Shown here piece by piece: positions 41,810-53,194 of a DNA stretch of 64,000 bases. Every line of letters starts with the position of its first letter. Positions within the stretch are counted from its first letter, which is position 1. Made by a program: the position numbers and the translations under genes. The notes beneath the pieces were generated by a model, which saw only the letters and a list, made by a program, of their open reading frames with translations, had not been told where the DNA came from and did no database searches. The stretch is from Candidatus Poribacteria bacterium (GTDB lineage Bacteria > Poribacteria > WGA-4E > PCPOR2b), in the NCBI GenBank assembly GCA_965218095.1, contig OZ244587.1:5888001-5952000 (forward strand), in the 5' to 3' direction.

Positions 41810-41838
41810 ATTATATATCCGTTGGTGCTTTCTGTCAA
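41810..41838 (-). promoter_or_regulatory. Consensus sigma70 promoter of the four-gene operon
   Basis: Minus strand TTGACA (41838-41833), 17 bp, TATAAT (41815-41810). Confidence 0.8.
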
Positions 41839-41894
41839 GTGACCAAATTGGGGGAGCGTGTAATGGTGCTTCTATGCCTTGGATCAGATTCATG

Positions 41895-42683
41895 TTAGAA
41901 TCTCGCAGCTAGCGCATCCCGTCGGACCGGCGAATTAATGAACAGCGAGTCACCGCCGTCAATCGTGACCTCTAATCCCGTTGCCCACGCCGCCTCGTCG
42001 GAACAGAGCCAGAGCGCGGCGTAAGCAATGTCAATTGGGTTGCCGAGCCGCTCAAGTTTCGGCTCGGCGGGACGGACAGCGCCGCCGGGCAGCGGGTCCC
42101 AGATGATGCCGGGAGAGATGGCGTGGGCGCGGATGTTTTTGTCGTAGAGTTCCCTCGCCAGATTCTGCGCTGCTGCTATCATTCCCGCCTTTGCCGTCGC
42201 ATAAGCGCTGTTGGCGTCCTGACGCACACGAGCTCCCGCCGAGAGCGTAATGATGCAGCCTCCGCCCCGTGATTCCATTATCGGTACAAGACGTCGTACA
42301 GGTAAGAACAAGGTTCGTAAATTGTTCTGTAGTGCCTCGTCCCAAAACGACGGCTCCATGTTGGCGATGTCATGGTCGGTCGAGAAGAAACCGCCTGCGG
42401 CGTGGATAAAGCAATCCACACCACCGAATTCGTCCACTGCCGCTTGAACGAGCGCATCCACCTGAGCCTCATCGGTCAGGTCGGTTTGGAGCGTCAACAC
42501 CTCACCGCCTGCTGCACGCACACGGTCTGCGGTCTCGTTCAGCTTTTCCGCTGTCCGCGCAGCCAAGACCAGTTTTGCGCCTTCCTGCGCAAACAGTATT
42601 GCAGTTGCACGACTCATGTTCTGGCCTGCACCGCCAATAAGCACAACTTTGTCTTTCAATCTCATGATATATTCCTCCGTCAA
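41895..42683 (-). CDS. SDR family oxidoreductase
   Basis: YATAKAG (YxxxK), AISPG, TIDGG. Confidence 0.9.
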   Translation of the reverse strand: MTEEYIMRLKDKVVLIGGAGQNMSRATAILFAQEGAKLVLAARTAEKLNETADRVRAAGGEVLTLQTDLTDEAQVDALVQAAVDEFGGVDCFIHAAGGFFSTDHDIANMEPSFWDEALQNNLRTLFLPVRRLVPIMESRGGGCIITLSAGARVRQDANSAYATAKAGMIAAAQNLARELYDKNIRAHAISPGIIWDPLPGGAVRPAEPKLERLGNPIDIAYAALWLCSDEAAWATGLEVTIDGGDSLFINSPVRRDALAARF

Positions 42684-42693
42684 AGTTTAGTGA

Positions 42694-42726
42694 AACCTTG
42701 CAAAGGTTTCAAACCTTCGCAAGGTT
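42694..42726. repeat. 33-bp REP-like palindrome, copy 1
   Basis: AACCTTGCAAAGGTTTCAAACCTTCGCAAGGTT; second copy at 57500. Confidence 0.75.
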
Positions 42727-44074
42727 AGGGCATCCGTTTCACGTAAGAGATTGCTTCTCTCATGAAGCCCAAAGCTGCTTTGATCCGATCTGGTTCCTCA
42801 AACCCATAAGATAACCTGAATTGTCTTTTCCCAACCTCAACGATGTCGCCTTTTGGGTGAACACAGTGCTCGCCGGGGATGTAGACGACTCGCGGATATC
42901 GAGAAGCTGGCGGGCCATTGATTTCTTCCCTTTCAATCGTTCTTGCGAGGAAATTGAAAAACGGCGAACCTTCGTACGTTTCAACATCATCCAAAGTCAA
43001 ATAGAAGTAAAATCCCGCCTTACCTCCCCGACATTCTAAAACCGCATGACCTAAAAGCTGTTCGATCCAGCTTTTGACTTGCTGCGCTTTCTTCCGATAC
43101 CCCCGATTGACCGCTTCAATTTGATCCTTGATGTGGTAATCTAATAGATAACTGGCGATCTCTTGGTTAATCAACGGCACACTAAACCCGACATCACTCG
43201 TCCTTTGAATCATCGCACTTACAAAGTGCCCATCTGCTCCAATTAGATAGCCAATCCGCAGCCCCGGCGCCAAGATTTTCGACAACGTTCCAATTTCGTA
43301 AACAATCCCAATTTCATCATAAAGGAACCCAGATCTTAACGGCTCCACCGTTGGGTCATGGACAAGATCTTCGTAGGCTTTATCGAAGAACAGCGGCACT
43401 TTCCTGCCGAGGTCACGGGATAATCGGGTTGCAATTTCAACCACTTCTCTCCTTCGTGCATTCGAGAGGATGGTGCTGGTTGGATTATTAATCGTGACGA
43501 TATAAAAGCACCGAATTGCACGCTTCTGATCGCCGAGCTCTTTGAGCTTTGATCTTAATAGTTCTGTTTGTATTCCGTTCTCATCTTCAGGGACAGTGAC
43601 AACCCGGAAGCCGATCCTTTCGAGGTAATTGCAATAGATATAGTACATCGGATCGGACGTGATGATGATTCCGGGGGGCAACAAATGGGCGATGCCTTCC
43701 AGCAAGCTCGTGGCACCGTTTGGCCCAATGATAATCTCTTTCTCCCGCAACCCCTGTTCGGTAAGCCCGCCAATCTGATTCTCAATGTAGAACCTTCTAA
43801 TCGATTCAATCAGGTTTGGGGACCCCTGCGTGCCACCGTAATTCAATGCCGCCCGATATTTCTGGGGGTGAGCAAGTACCTCCCGGCAAGCTACCTCAAT
43901 TAACCGAGGAGGAATCGTTCTTTCGTTGACATACCCTACACCGAGATTAATATCACAATCATCCCGAAAATTAACCGCAAAGGCGGTCATCATTCGATTG
44001 ACGGGGGAAGGGATACTTGAAGCCTTTCCGTATTCAGATAATGAAATTTCTTGGAGATTCATAATCACGTTCAT
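42725..44074 (-). CDS. PLP-dependent aminotransferase class I/II
   Basis: NNPTS, DKAY, GTLSKILAPGLRIG, FRLSY. Confidence 0.88.
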   Translation of the reverse strand: MNVIMNLQEISLSEYGKASSIPSPVNRMMTAFAVNFRDDCDINLGVGYVNERTIPPRLIEVACREVLAHPQKYRAALNYGGTQGSPNLIESIRRFYIENQIGGLTEQGLREKEIIIGPNGATSLLEGIAHLLPPGIIITSDPMYYIYCNYLERIGFRVVTVPEDENGIQTELLRSKLKELGDQKRAIRCFYIVTINNPTSTILSNARRREVVEIATRLSRDLGRKVPLFFDKAYEDLVHDPTVEPLRSGFLYDEIGIVYEIGTLSKILAPGLRIGYLIGADGHFVSAMIQRTSDVGFSVPLINQEIASYLLDYHIKDQIEAVNRGYRKKAQQVKSWIEQLLGHAVLECRGGKAGFYFYLTLDDVETYEGSPFFNFLARTIEREEINGPPASRYPRVVYIPGEHCVHPKGDIVEVGKRQFRLSYGFEEPDRIKAALGFMREAISYVKRMP

Positions 44075-44092
44075 TTGATGAAAAAACGCAAA

Positions 44093-44641
44093 TCAAGTAT
44101 TGCATATCACGTATTGCGTATTGGCAGCGTTGAGTGTAAGCTTTTCACTCTGTGACAGCTTCAGCGCTTCAACGTCGTCTAAAGGATAAAAATGCGATTC
44201 AATCTCGTAGTCGTCAACACGCTTGGCGCCAGGTATAAACCTATCTGCTTGTGCCATATAGATCAGTTGTATAAAGTCCGGATGCAGATATTTATAGTCC
44301 GGTGGTTTGGATTTGAGATGGTGAAAATGCATAAATCCAAGCATGGATACACCAGTAATCGTCCAGCCCGTCTCTTCCAGCACTTCACGACGGAGCGTTT
44401 CCTCAAAAGTCTCGCCCACTTCACACTGTCCGCCGGGGATGATGTGAACCTCGTCTGGATTCCGAACCACAAGAATTGAATCGTCCCGCAAGACCAGCGT
44501 GCGTACCGGCGTGATATAGTCGAGCGGCGGCAATTCATCGGTTAGATAGCTAGTCGTGCGAATGGGAAGATCTCCCCAAACCGCTACATCCTCGACAAGG
44601 GCTTTATGACGTGCCAGAAATTCAGCAAGATCGGCCTTCAT
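44093..44641 (-). CDS. Nudix hydrolase
   Basis: PGGQCEVGETFEETLRREVLEETG. Confidence 0.9.
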   Translation of the reverse strand: MKADLAEFLARHKALVEDVAVWGDLPIRTTSYLTDELPPLDYITPVRTLVLRDDSILVVRNPDEVHIIPGGQCEVGETFEETLRREVLEETGWTITGVSMLGFMHFHHLKSKPPDYKYLHPDFIQLIYMAQADRFIPGAKRVDDYEIESHFYPLDDVEALKLSQSEKLTLNAANTQYVICNT

Positions 44642-44665
44642 TACATCAGCCTCGCTTTCTCGGTA

Positions 44666-46015
44666 CTATTCTAAGATTTTCACGTAGGAAACCATCTCTT
44701 GAACGATGGGCAAAACATCCTTGGGCTGCATGATACCCTTCTCCGTGACGATGGCACTGATTAGCTCATCCGGGGTGATCTCAAAGTAGAGATTCCTGGC
44801 GCTCACATTCGGCAGCGTCTCTGAAAAGACTTCTTGGCTATCCTTTTCTTCCAATTCGACGGATGCACGGACATGAAATTTATCCGTTTGACAGAGGACG
44901 TATGCCGGGACGCACTGCTTTTTAGCCGCGAGGGCAATTAGGTAAGTCCCCGCCTTGCTGACCACGGCGCCATCGGGAAGCACCGCGTCTGCGCCAATGA
45001 ACACAATATCCGCCCTTTGCATGAAATGTCCCGCCTGTGCATCGGTGATGAGTGTGACCGGATATTGCTCCGACAGGAGCCTGGCGGTTTTGACGCCTTC
45101 ATTTAATGGTCTGGATTTCGTGACAATAATCTGAAACCCTTTTCGGCGTGCGTCCAAAATTGCCGCCACGACCGTCGAACTATAGCTATGTGTGAAAATC
45201 ATCATGTTATCAGATAGCAGATCATGCGCCTTTTGCACAATAATCTGAGACGCCTTTCGGGCAGTCGTTCGGTATTGATCGATAAGTTCAGAAAAGTGTG
45301 CCTTGAAATCAGATGCAGACTTCCCTTGAGACAGACGCTGCTTGGCATGATACAGCACAAAGGCAACTGCGTTTGTCAATAGGATCATGGTCGGTCTTGC
45401 GTTGTGCAGATGCCAACCCACGTTTGATAGATACGCAAAGGGCTCATCGGGGGCTTTACCGGAGGCTTCCTCCACTGTCGTTTTCAATACTTCCAACGCC
45501 ATTAACACCAACTCGGACGCCCCATGCACCCGATCCTCTCCGATTTCAGCGATTTGGGTTACAACCGGTTGCCCCAGATAAACGCTGTCTAAGGTTTGCT
45601 TGAGGTTTGGAACGGTTGGGTATGATGTAATCTGGTCCGGCTCAATCCACTGCTTCTCGACATGTTCCCAATCCGTGCGGATTTCCGCTGGTTCGGGGAC
45701 ATGATAGAGAAACGGGTAAACCCTCCAAAGGATACTCCCATCTTCAATCTGCAGCGGTTTTCCCTTTCTGACAAATTGGACTGCTTCGGGAGAAAGCCCT
45801 GTCTCCTCTTCGATTTCTTTGAGGACCCGCTCATCAGGAGATTCATGCTCTTCTATCGAGCCGCTCACACCCGCCCAATGATAGGGATATGTTCTAACTT
45901 TGCCGCTACGCTTGAGCAGCAGAATTTTCCCTTGATGCTCTAAAAACGCAGTCACAACACACCTTTTTTTCATTTTTACTCCGGTTCTGTGGTTTCCTTC
46001 GGGGGCAAAACTCAC
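44666..46015 (-). CDS. Nudix fused to eIF-2B/R15P-isomerase-like domain
   Basis: GSIEEHE...KEIEEETG; HGASEL, ARPTM, THSYSSTV, SRPLNEG, IGADAV, FEITP; start probably the second Met (MKKR). Confidence 0.85.
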   Translation of the reverse strand: MSFAPEGNHRTGVKMKKRCVVTAFLEHQGKILLLKRSGKVRTYPYHWAGVSGSIEEHESPDERVLKEIEEETGLSPEAVQFVRKGKPLQIEDGSILWRVYPFLYHVPEPAEIRTDWEHVEKQWIEPDQITSYPTVPNLKQTLDSVYLGQPVVTQIAEIGEDRVHGASELVLMALEVLKTTVEEASGKAPDEPFAYLSNVGWHLHNARPTMILLTNAVAFVLYHAKQRLSQGKSASDFKAHFSELIDQYRTTARKASQIIVQKAHDLLSDNMMIFTHSYSSTVVAAILDARRKGFQIIVTKSRPLNEGVKTARLLSEQYPVTLITDAQAGHFMQRADIVFIGADAVLPDGAVVSKAGTYLIALAAKKQCVPAYVLCQTDKFHVRASVELEEKDSQEVFSETLPNVSARNLYFEITPDELISAIVTEKGIMQPKDVLPIVQEMVSYVKILE

Positions 46016-46563
46016 GAACTGAGTGGCAGTCCAGGTGCTTTAATCCGGCAACGGAACGAGTTTGAGTGGCACTTCAACCAATTTAACACGAGCCTGACAG
46101 CATACACAATCCCCCGGCGCAGCGGCTCGAATGGCACAGGTTTCGCAATAGTTTCGCAATAATAGTAGAGCTCATGAACGACCTCGTTATAAACGGATTG
46201 GAGGCTAATCGCTTCAAGGATCCGCGTTTTTGGAAAGGTTCTTCCCTTGATGATCAGTTCCTTTTCGCACAGGTGTTCATCAACGAACAACGCCTCCGAC
46301 AGATTCGTGCGTAGCAGCGTGTAGAACACGCCTTCTCTTGTCTTGAAACCATACAGGTGTTCGTGTTCGGGGGGGAGGTCTGCATTGTACAATTCGTGCA
46401 TCTCCTCCGCGAGGCAGACCACGCTGCCACGGATCTGAATCTCTTGAGCTTGCTGATTATCTTTTTCAGAATTTTGAGGCTGCGTATTGGCAGCGGCGAT
46501 CATCGCAAGGGCAAAAATCAGCCCACCCATCCAGAAAATTATGCGATTGTGTCTACGAGACAT
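46012..46563 (-). pseudogene. Secreted Cys-rich protein frameshifted by an 11-bp tandem duplication
   Basis: GTTTCGCAATA occurs twice at 46140-46161; removing one copy gives YYCETCAIRAAAPGDCVCCQ...* (stop 46040). Confidence 0.75.
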
Positions 46564-46634
46564 CGGTTGCTGCTCCTTGCCTTTTTTATTTGACTAGGCG
46601 TCCTTTTCTCACGTGTATCCTTGCTTTATTCCCC

Positions 46635-47900
<1,266 letters not shown>

Positions 47901-47901
47901 T

Positions 47902-48040
47902 TATACTACCCACCGCCCGAAACTGCGCTTTTTGGCCGTCATTCTGAGGCTTTGCGAAGAACCTCAGCGCCAAAGGTCCTTCACTTCGTTGCGGATGACA
48001 GATGCCCTTAGAAGCGCAATTTGACGCGGTGTTAAGTATA
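47902..48040. repeat. Nested palindromic REP/MITE-like element
   Basis: Outer TATACT..ACCGC..TGCGCT / AGCGCA..GCGGT..AGTATA around a GTCATTCTGAG...CGGATGAC core. Confidence 0.6.
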
Positions 48041-48183
48041 TCATATATTGCATAGTGCGTAAAACGTAATGCGTAAAACGTGAAGGGCTGACTCGGAAAT
48101 TTGCGGATTAGCCCATTGGTTGATGCAAAATGGTATCATCAGATCGATGAGGAAGCCAAAATTTTGATGGCGACGAGGAAAAT

Positions 48184-48744
48184 TCACCACCGCATGGCTG
48201 CCTCACGATAGAGCGTAATCTGCTGCATATTGCGGGGAATCTCAAGATGAACAGATTTTCGTTTCCGGTTGGCGTCTTTGATGACAATCAGAGCACGGAG
48301 TATATTGGTCATCGTTACAGCCCCCGATTCATAGAAAACCCACATCCGTTGCTCAGTATAAGGGTTGACGATGTACTCCTGGGCGGGATGAAACAGATCA
48401 TACTTTGGGTATTCGAGCCCAATCGTTTTGTCGTAGCTATCTAAAATCAGCTCTGGCGGATTTTCTTTGGGTGAATAGCCGCTGAGTTTGCATTTCTGAA
48501 TCCGAATCGGGCTGCCGGATCTGTTGATGAGACGGAGGGAAACAATGATTGCCAGTCGGTGGTTGTCATCGCGGTTGATAAACCAGGTCTCTTCCGGGAA
48601 GGCTTCGATCGTAAATTCGGGAATCTGTCGCTTCTGATGATAGACAGCCACAAGTGCAATGAAGCCACCGACTCCGATTAACGTCCAGAAGCCGGTCGGT
48701 GTTGATAGAAACTGAAGGAGCTCTTTTAATGCTTGTTGAAGCAC
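48184..48744 (-). CDS. Hypothetical membrane-anchored protein
   Basis: 186-aa ORF, N-terminal TM segment, AAAGGA RBS. Confidence 0.6.
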   Translation of the reverse strand: MLQQALKELLQFLSTPTGFWTLIGVGGFIALVAVYHQKRQIPEFTIEAFPEETWFINRDDNHRLAIIVSLRLINRSGSPIRIQKCKLSGYSPKENPPELILDSYDKTIGLEYPKYDLFHPAQEYIVNPYTEQRMWVFYESGAVTMTNILRALIVIKDANRKRKSVHLEIPRNMQQITLYREAAMRW

Positions 48745-48865
48745 GTCATTTCCTTTGGCACGGATGTGTAATAATTGGTTTGGTGGAAACGGATAAGTCG
48801 TGAAATGAAGTTCAGACGTTCAAAAGTTCATTTGTTCAAGCATTCATGACCTCATTCCCCGTCTG

Positions 48866-49546
48866 TCAATCCGGCGCACCGGTCATCGGCACAAAGCGGA
48901 CGCCACTAATTGTTTTTCGCTCGATGTCATGTTCGGTTTTGCGAATACGCACCAGATCTTGATAGTAGTCACCGAGAGGAAGCACCATGAGTCCGCCATC
49001 TACCAACTGTTCGATAAGACGATTCGGCATTTCCTTTGGCGCAGCAGTCACGATAATCCGGTCGAAGGGGGCATGTTCCTCCCATCCGTAGTAGCCATTG
49101 CCGAGTTTTTTATGGATGTTGCGATAACCAAATGCGTCTAACTGCTTCCCCGCGCTTTCCACGAGCCCCGGGATAATCTCAATGGTGTAGACCTGTTCAA
49201 CAAACTCCGCTAACACGGCGGTTTGATACCCGCACCCCGTACCAATCTCCAGCACTTTCGACGACGCTTCCAACTCCAGTAATTCCGTCATCAGGGCAAC
49301 AATGTAGGGTTGAGAGATCGTTTGTCCACACTGAATCGGCATCGCATTGTCTTCGTAAGCATCAGCCATGGAATCTCGATTAACGAACAGATGACGAGGT
49401 ACTTTTCGCATTACTTTGAGCACTCTTTTGTCTTTGATACCGCGTCTTTGAAGCTGTTCACGCACCATTTTCTCGCGTAAATCGGTGTAACGATCATCTG
49501 CTGGCTTGTCTCCGTTTTGCAACGAATTCTGGCGTCGGAAACGCAT
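48866..49546 (-). CDS. pcm: Protein-L-isoaspartate O-methyltransferase
   Basis: VPRHLFV, GQTISQP, VLEIGTGCGY, APFDRIIVTAA, VRFVPM. Confidence 0.96.
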   Translation of the reverse strand: MRFRRQNSLQNGDKPADDRYTDLREKMVREQLQRRGIKDKRVLKVMRKVPRHLFVNRDSMADAYEDNAMPIQCGQTISQPYIVALMTELLELEASSKVLEIGTGCGYQTAVLAEFVEQVYTIEIIPGLVESAGKQLDAFGYRNIHKKLGNGYYGWEEHAPFDRIIVTAAPKEMPNRLIEQLVDGGLMVLPLGDYYQDLVRIRKTEHDIERKTISGVRFVPMTGAPD

Positions 49547-49679
49547 TGTGATTCACCTGACCTTCCGATGTATGTCCACAAATACAACATGGAGAAATAG
49601 CCAATTCACTGAACATCATAAATTCTGATGATGACTTCTGCACAGTTCTCCATCACAGAATCGACCCATTAACTTCCGA

Positions 49680-50342
49680 TTAAGCATCACTCAACGGATA
49701 AGGGCACTGATGAAGTAGCACACACGCCTCACAACGCGGTGTTTTTCGACACGTTCTCGCGCCATGACGCACAATCAAGGCGTGATATTCATTGAACAAC
49801 TGAAGGTCATGGGGGAGAGATGTCATGAAGATTTTTTGGAGCCTGCCATAATGGTATCTGCCATCAAACCACCCCAACCGCTTGGACAAACGGTAGGTGT
49901 ATGCATCGATGACAAAAATCGGCTTTTCAGCCGCGTAAAGCAGGATGGAGTCTGCTGTCTCCTCCCCGATTCCATAAATCAAGAGCAACTCTTTCCGAAG
50001 TGTTGGCAGATCTTTTTCCAACAACGAATCCAACCGATTACGATGGTATTCTTGTAAATGATCCAGAAATGCTCGGACCTTCTTCGCTTTGGCACGGTAG
50101 TATCCTGATGGACGGATAAGCATCTCCAGTTCAGCCTGGTGAACTTTGACCAATCGATCGGGAGTTAAGAGTTCGGCAGCTTTGAGGTTATTAATTGCCT
50201 GGACAACGTTTCCCCAGGCGGTTGATTGGACGAGGATCGCACCGATAATCACTTCAAACGGCGTTTCAGCGGGCCACCAATTCTGTGCGCCGTACCCGGC
50301 ATAGAGATCATCGTACAGTCTGAGGAGCTTTTCACGCATCAC
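49680..50342 (-). CDS. Endonuclease III-related HhH-GPD protein
   Basis: WWPAETPFE, GIGEETADSILLY, VIDAY, CRKTPRCEAC...C. Confidence 0.9.
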   Translation of the reverse strand: MMREKLLRLYDDLYAGYGAQNWWPAETPFEVIIGAILVQSTAWGNVVQAINNLKAAELLTPDRLVKVHQAELEMLIRPSGYYRAKAKKVRAFLDHLQEYHRNRLDSLLEKDLPTLRKELLLIYGIGEETADSILLYAAEKPIFVIDAYTYRLSKRLGWFDGRYHYGRLQKIFMTSLPHDLQLFNEYHALIVRHGARTCRKTPRCEACVLLHQCPYPLSDA

Positions 50343-50345
50343 ACC

Positions 50346-52358
50346 CTACTCTGCATTCTTGTTGTGGTGATTATTCAATCCCATTTCCTCCAACGAATTG
50401 GCAGTGATAATTTTCTGGAGAAAACCATCCACTTCCTCTATCCGATCAATAGCAAACACACGCTGAGGAATTTCAGATGGTAATTGACTAAATTTTATCT
50501 GCGACTGATCGAGTAGAGTCTCCTGTTTAATCTCTCGAGTCATCTTCCCTTCATACGTAAGTAACATGTTTCTCATCTCCTCTACAAATGGACTTGCCTG
50601 AACCAGAGCATCAAATCCCTGCTGCTCTGAACCTGAAATCCAGATAGGTCATCATCCTCAATTAATCGAGGGTGGTTCATAATTAAATTTAACGAAATAG
50701 AATAATGATGTGGGTCACATTTCTCAAAGGTAACCTCCAGATGGAATTCATCAACATCGCCAGTTGCAGCAGCATCACACCTAGTACCAAAAAGGTGACC
50801 CCATTCGCTTTGCCACTGACCGGCAGTTGCTTGTGGTTACTGGGTGTCGATAACAGCATCTTCAGCAAATCAAATATTGGCTCGATAGCCACCTAGCGTT
50901 GGCTCTGGTAGGCTTGCAACTCAGGTAGATTGAGATATTCAACGTAACGACTCCCTTTGTCACCGATTGCCCCAATCACCGGGGTGATTAGCAACACCCC
51001 CGCTTGTGCCAATGCCTCGGTTCGCCTCAAGTTCGGTGTACCCGGCATCGGCAACCAGATACCTGATATTCCGTTGAAGAAGTGGCACCGTTGTTTGGTC
51101 GAGAACTGCTTTTTCACTCACTGACGCCGTATCGGCTATACCCATTATTGGAAATCCGTATGCGGTCACGGTGGTATGAAGTCCATAGCCGTAAACCCAC
51201 CCGTGATACCCGCTCTTAGACCACGTGGCATCTCGGTCGAGATTTCTCACCCTCTCTGGCACTCGGTTTTGTTCTCGGTCTTTGTGGTGCCAAACAGGCC
51301 CTTTTAAACAAGTTCTTATCTTGATAAACCACTTCTCGGCTAAAGTCGTTCCCCAGAGGCGTCGCCCAATCCCCAAGGAAAGTGATAAATTCGGCGAGTT
51401 TGGGGGAAAGGGCTTTGTATCGCCGCAAAAGGGTCATCCGAGACGGGATTTTTTTGAGCTTGAGTGTGCAAAGCGCCAGCGGGTGGGCAATAAGCCACCG
51501 GTGTTGGACTCGAAATTCATTAAGTCCCTTGAGCGTCATGATGGCAAAAAAGACAATCAATGAGGCATCGGTATAGGCTTTGGAGCGCCCGGGCTTGTTG
51601 GGTTGCTTCGAGTCGGTTGCCACCTCAAAATCTTGTAGCCTTTGAAACAGAAATTGGATATAATCTGATTCGTCAGGATAACACATGTTAATCTCCTTTG
51701 ATTTAGATTAGACTCTATCAAAGGATAACCGTTATCCTGACTCAATTGCAATTATGTTCCACCCTCAATTAATCAAAAGCGATTGCCGCGCCTCATCCAC
51801 ATCACACCGTGCAATGCGAGACAGACATTCGTACTTCAAACGTGCTCTCGACCAATTCCCTCGTCTCATCTGAGAGGCAAAGGCAAAAGCGAGTGGATTG
51901 CTCGTTGCCAGATTTTGTGCCGAATCAAGCCCCGGCAGCCCGATTGCATCATAATCAAATTGGACAGACTGTTTTCCGGTTAGCTCTTCACGATGCGTTT
52001 CCCTCCATATCCCTTCTCCCTGCTTTTCGAAGTACAACACAATTGAGAATACCAAGATTTGGTGACGTAATCGCAAAGCGATGTAATAATTAAACATCCG
52101 CTCCGGAAAGTTGGTTGGATACCTGGATTCCGCCTCAATGTGAACAAGGATCACCAGTGGTCTACCTGAGACGGTTTCAACTTTTGCCAGCATATCAAGG
52201 ACCTTCCGTTCTCCCAGCGGGAGGTCTGTAAAGGTCTCTTTGTCTAAAAATTGTGCGCTCTCCGCATGGATTTCCTGGGCGAGCGCTTTCTGAAAGAGAT
52301 CCATGAACTCGGCAAAGAACGCAGTCAGAATGGTTTTAATCAATTGGACGTGATCCAT
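50346..52358 (-). pseudogene. Rpn-like PD-(D/E)XK protein split by an IS
   Basis: MDHVQLIK, FLDKE, LDML, ILVHIEAE, FPERMFNY (51765-52358); C-terminal remnant at 50346-50660. Confidence 0.75.
50668..51766 (-). mobile_element. About 1.1-kb DDE insertion sequence (IS5/IS982-like) with frameshifted transposase
   Basis: IRs GAGGGTGG(TT/AA)CATAATT; TSD AATTAATC at 50660-50667 and 51767-51774; fragments DATWSK..GWVYGYGLH, LVADAGY, IEPIF. Confidence 0.85.
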
Positions 52359-53149
52359 TAACTTCTCCTGAAGTTTTCATTTCTATGCCGCCAAGAGTTT
52401 ACCAGCACGAAAAGCTCCTCTAAGAAGACATTATAGTCGATCTGACCAATACCAATAATTTCCATTCTTTGGGCGATTGGCATCCCGATGGTGCGTGCGA
52501 GTTGTTGCTGCCGACGTATTGACAAGGCACGGCGGCGAGAGAGATACTCACGAATTGTGGACAATTCCATATCTGTCACCTGATCCAGTTGAATCCCATC
52601 CGCATAGCTAAACTGATGCTTTGCTGTAACATTGGCAGCTAGTTGGCTCGGATTGAGATCCGTATGTTCCCTGATAACAAGCGTTCCGGCAGCAAAGTCA
52701 CCGAGCCGCCGCCATTTTTTATCAATCATCATTGTGATAACGCCAATTCCATAGAACGCCGGGAGAAAATCGACAACCCGCACGAGATTCCGGATCGCCG
52801 AATCCGCAAAACTAATCGGGTAACCGTTCTCTTTAATGACCCGTAACTTTAGCAGGTGCTTTCCCGGCGATTGACCATTGCTAGTCAGATCAAACAGAAT
52901 ATAATATCCCCAAAGGCTGGCGAACGTGACGACACCGATTATAGCAACCAACCAATTGCCGATTTCGTTAGATAGGTCGAAACCAAGCGTCTCAATAATC
53001 ACAAGCCCACCGATGGTGACGACGAGAGTAATCAAAAAGGAGTCGATAAGTGATGCGCAAAAGCGGGAGCCGATTCCCGCGGTGTCGTAATTTAACTCGA
53101 TTTGCTCTGGCGTATCAATCGATAGTTGATTATTCATCATGAAACTCAT
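52358..53149 (-). CDS. RDD family protein
   Basis: TPEQI, AGIGSRF..ID, GQSPGK, RLGDFAAGT. Confidence 0.92.
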   Translation of the reverse strand: MSFMMNNQLSIDTPEQIELNYDTAGIGSRFCASLIDSFLITLVVTIGGLVIIETLGFDLSNEIGNWLVAIIGVVTFASLWGYYILFDLTSNGQSPGKHLLKLRVIKENGYPISFADSAIRNLVRVVDFLPAFYGIGVITMMIDKKWRRLGDFAAGTLVIREHTDLNPSQLAANVTAKHQFSYADGIQLDQVTDMELSTIREYLSRRRALSIRRQQQLARTIGMPIAQRMEIIGIGQIDYNVFLEELFVLVNSWRHRNENFRRS

Positions 53150-53194
53150 TGTGAGCTTGGAAACTTGAATCGGATATTGGAGGATTATAATCTA

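Noticed and set aside
47902-48040. Lysine riboswitch before lysA
   Set aside because: No AGAGG(T/C)GC core; the structure is a simple nested palindrome
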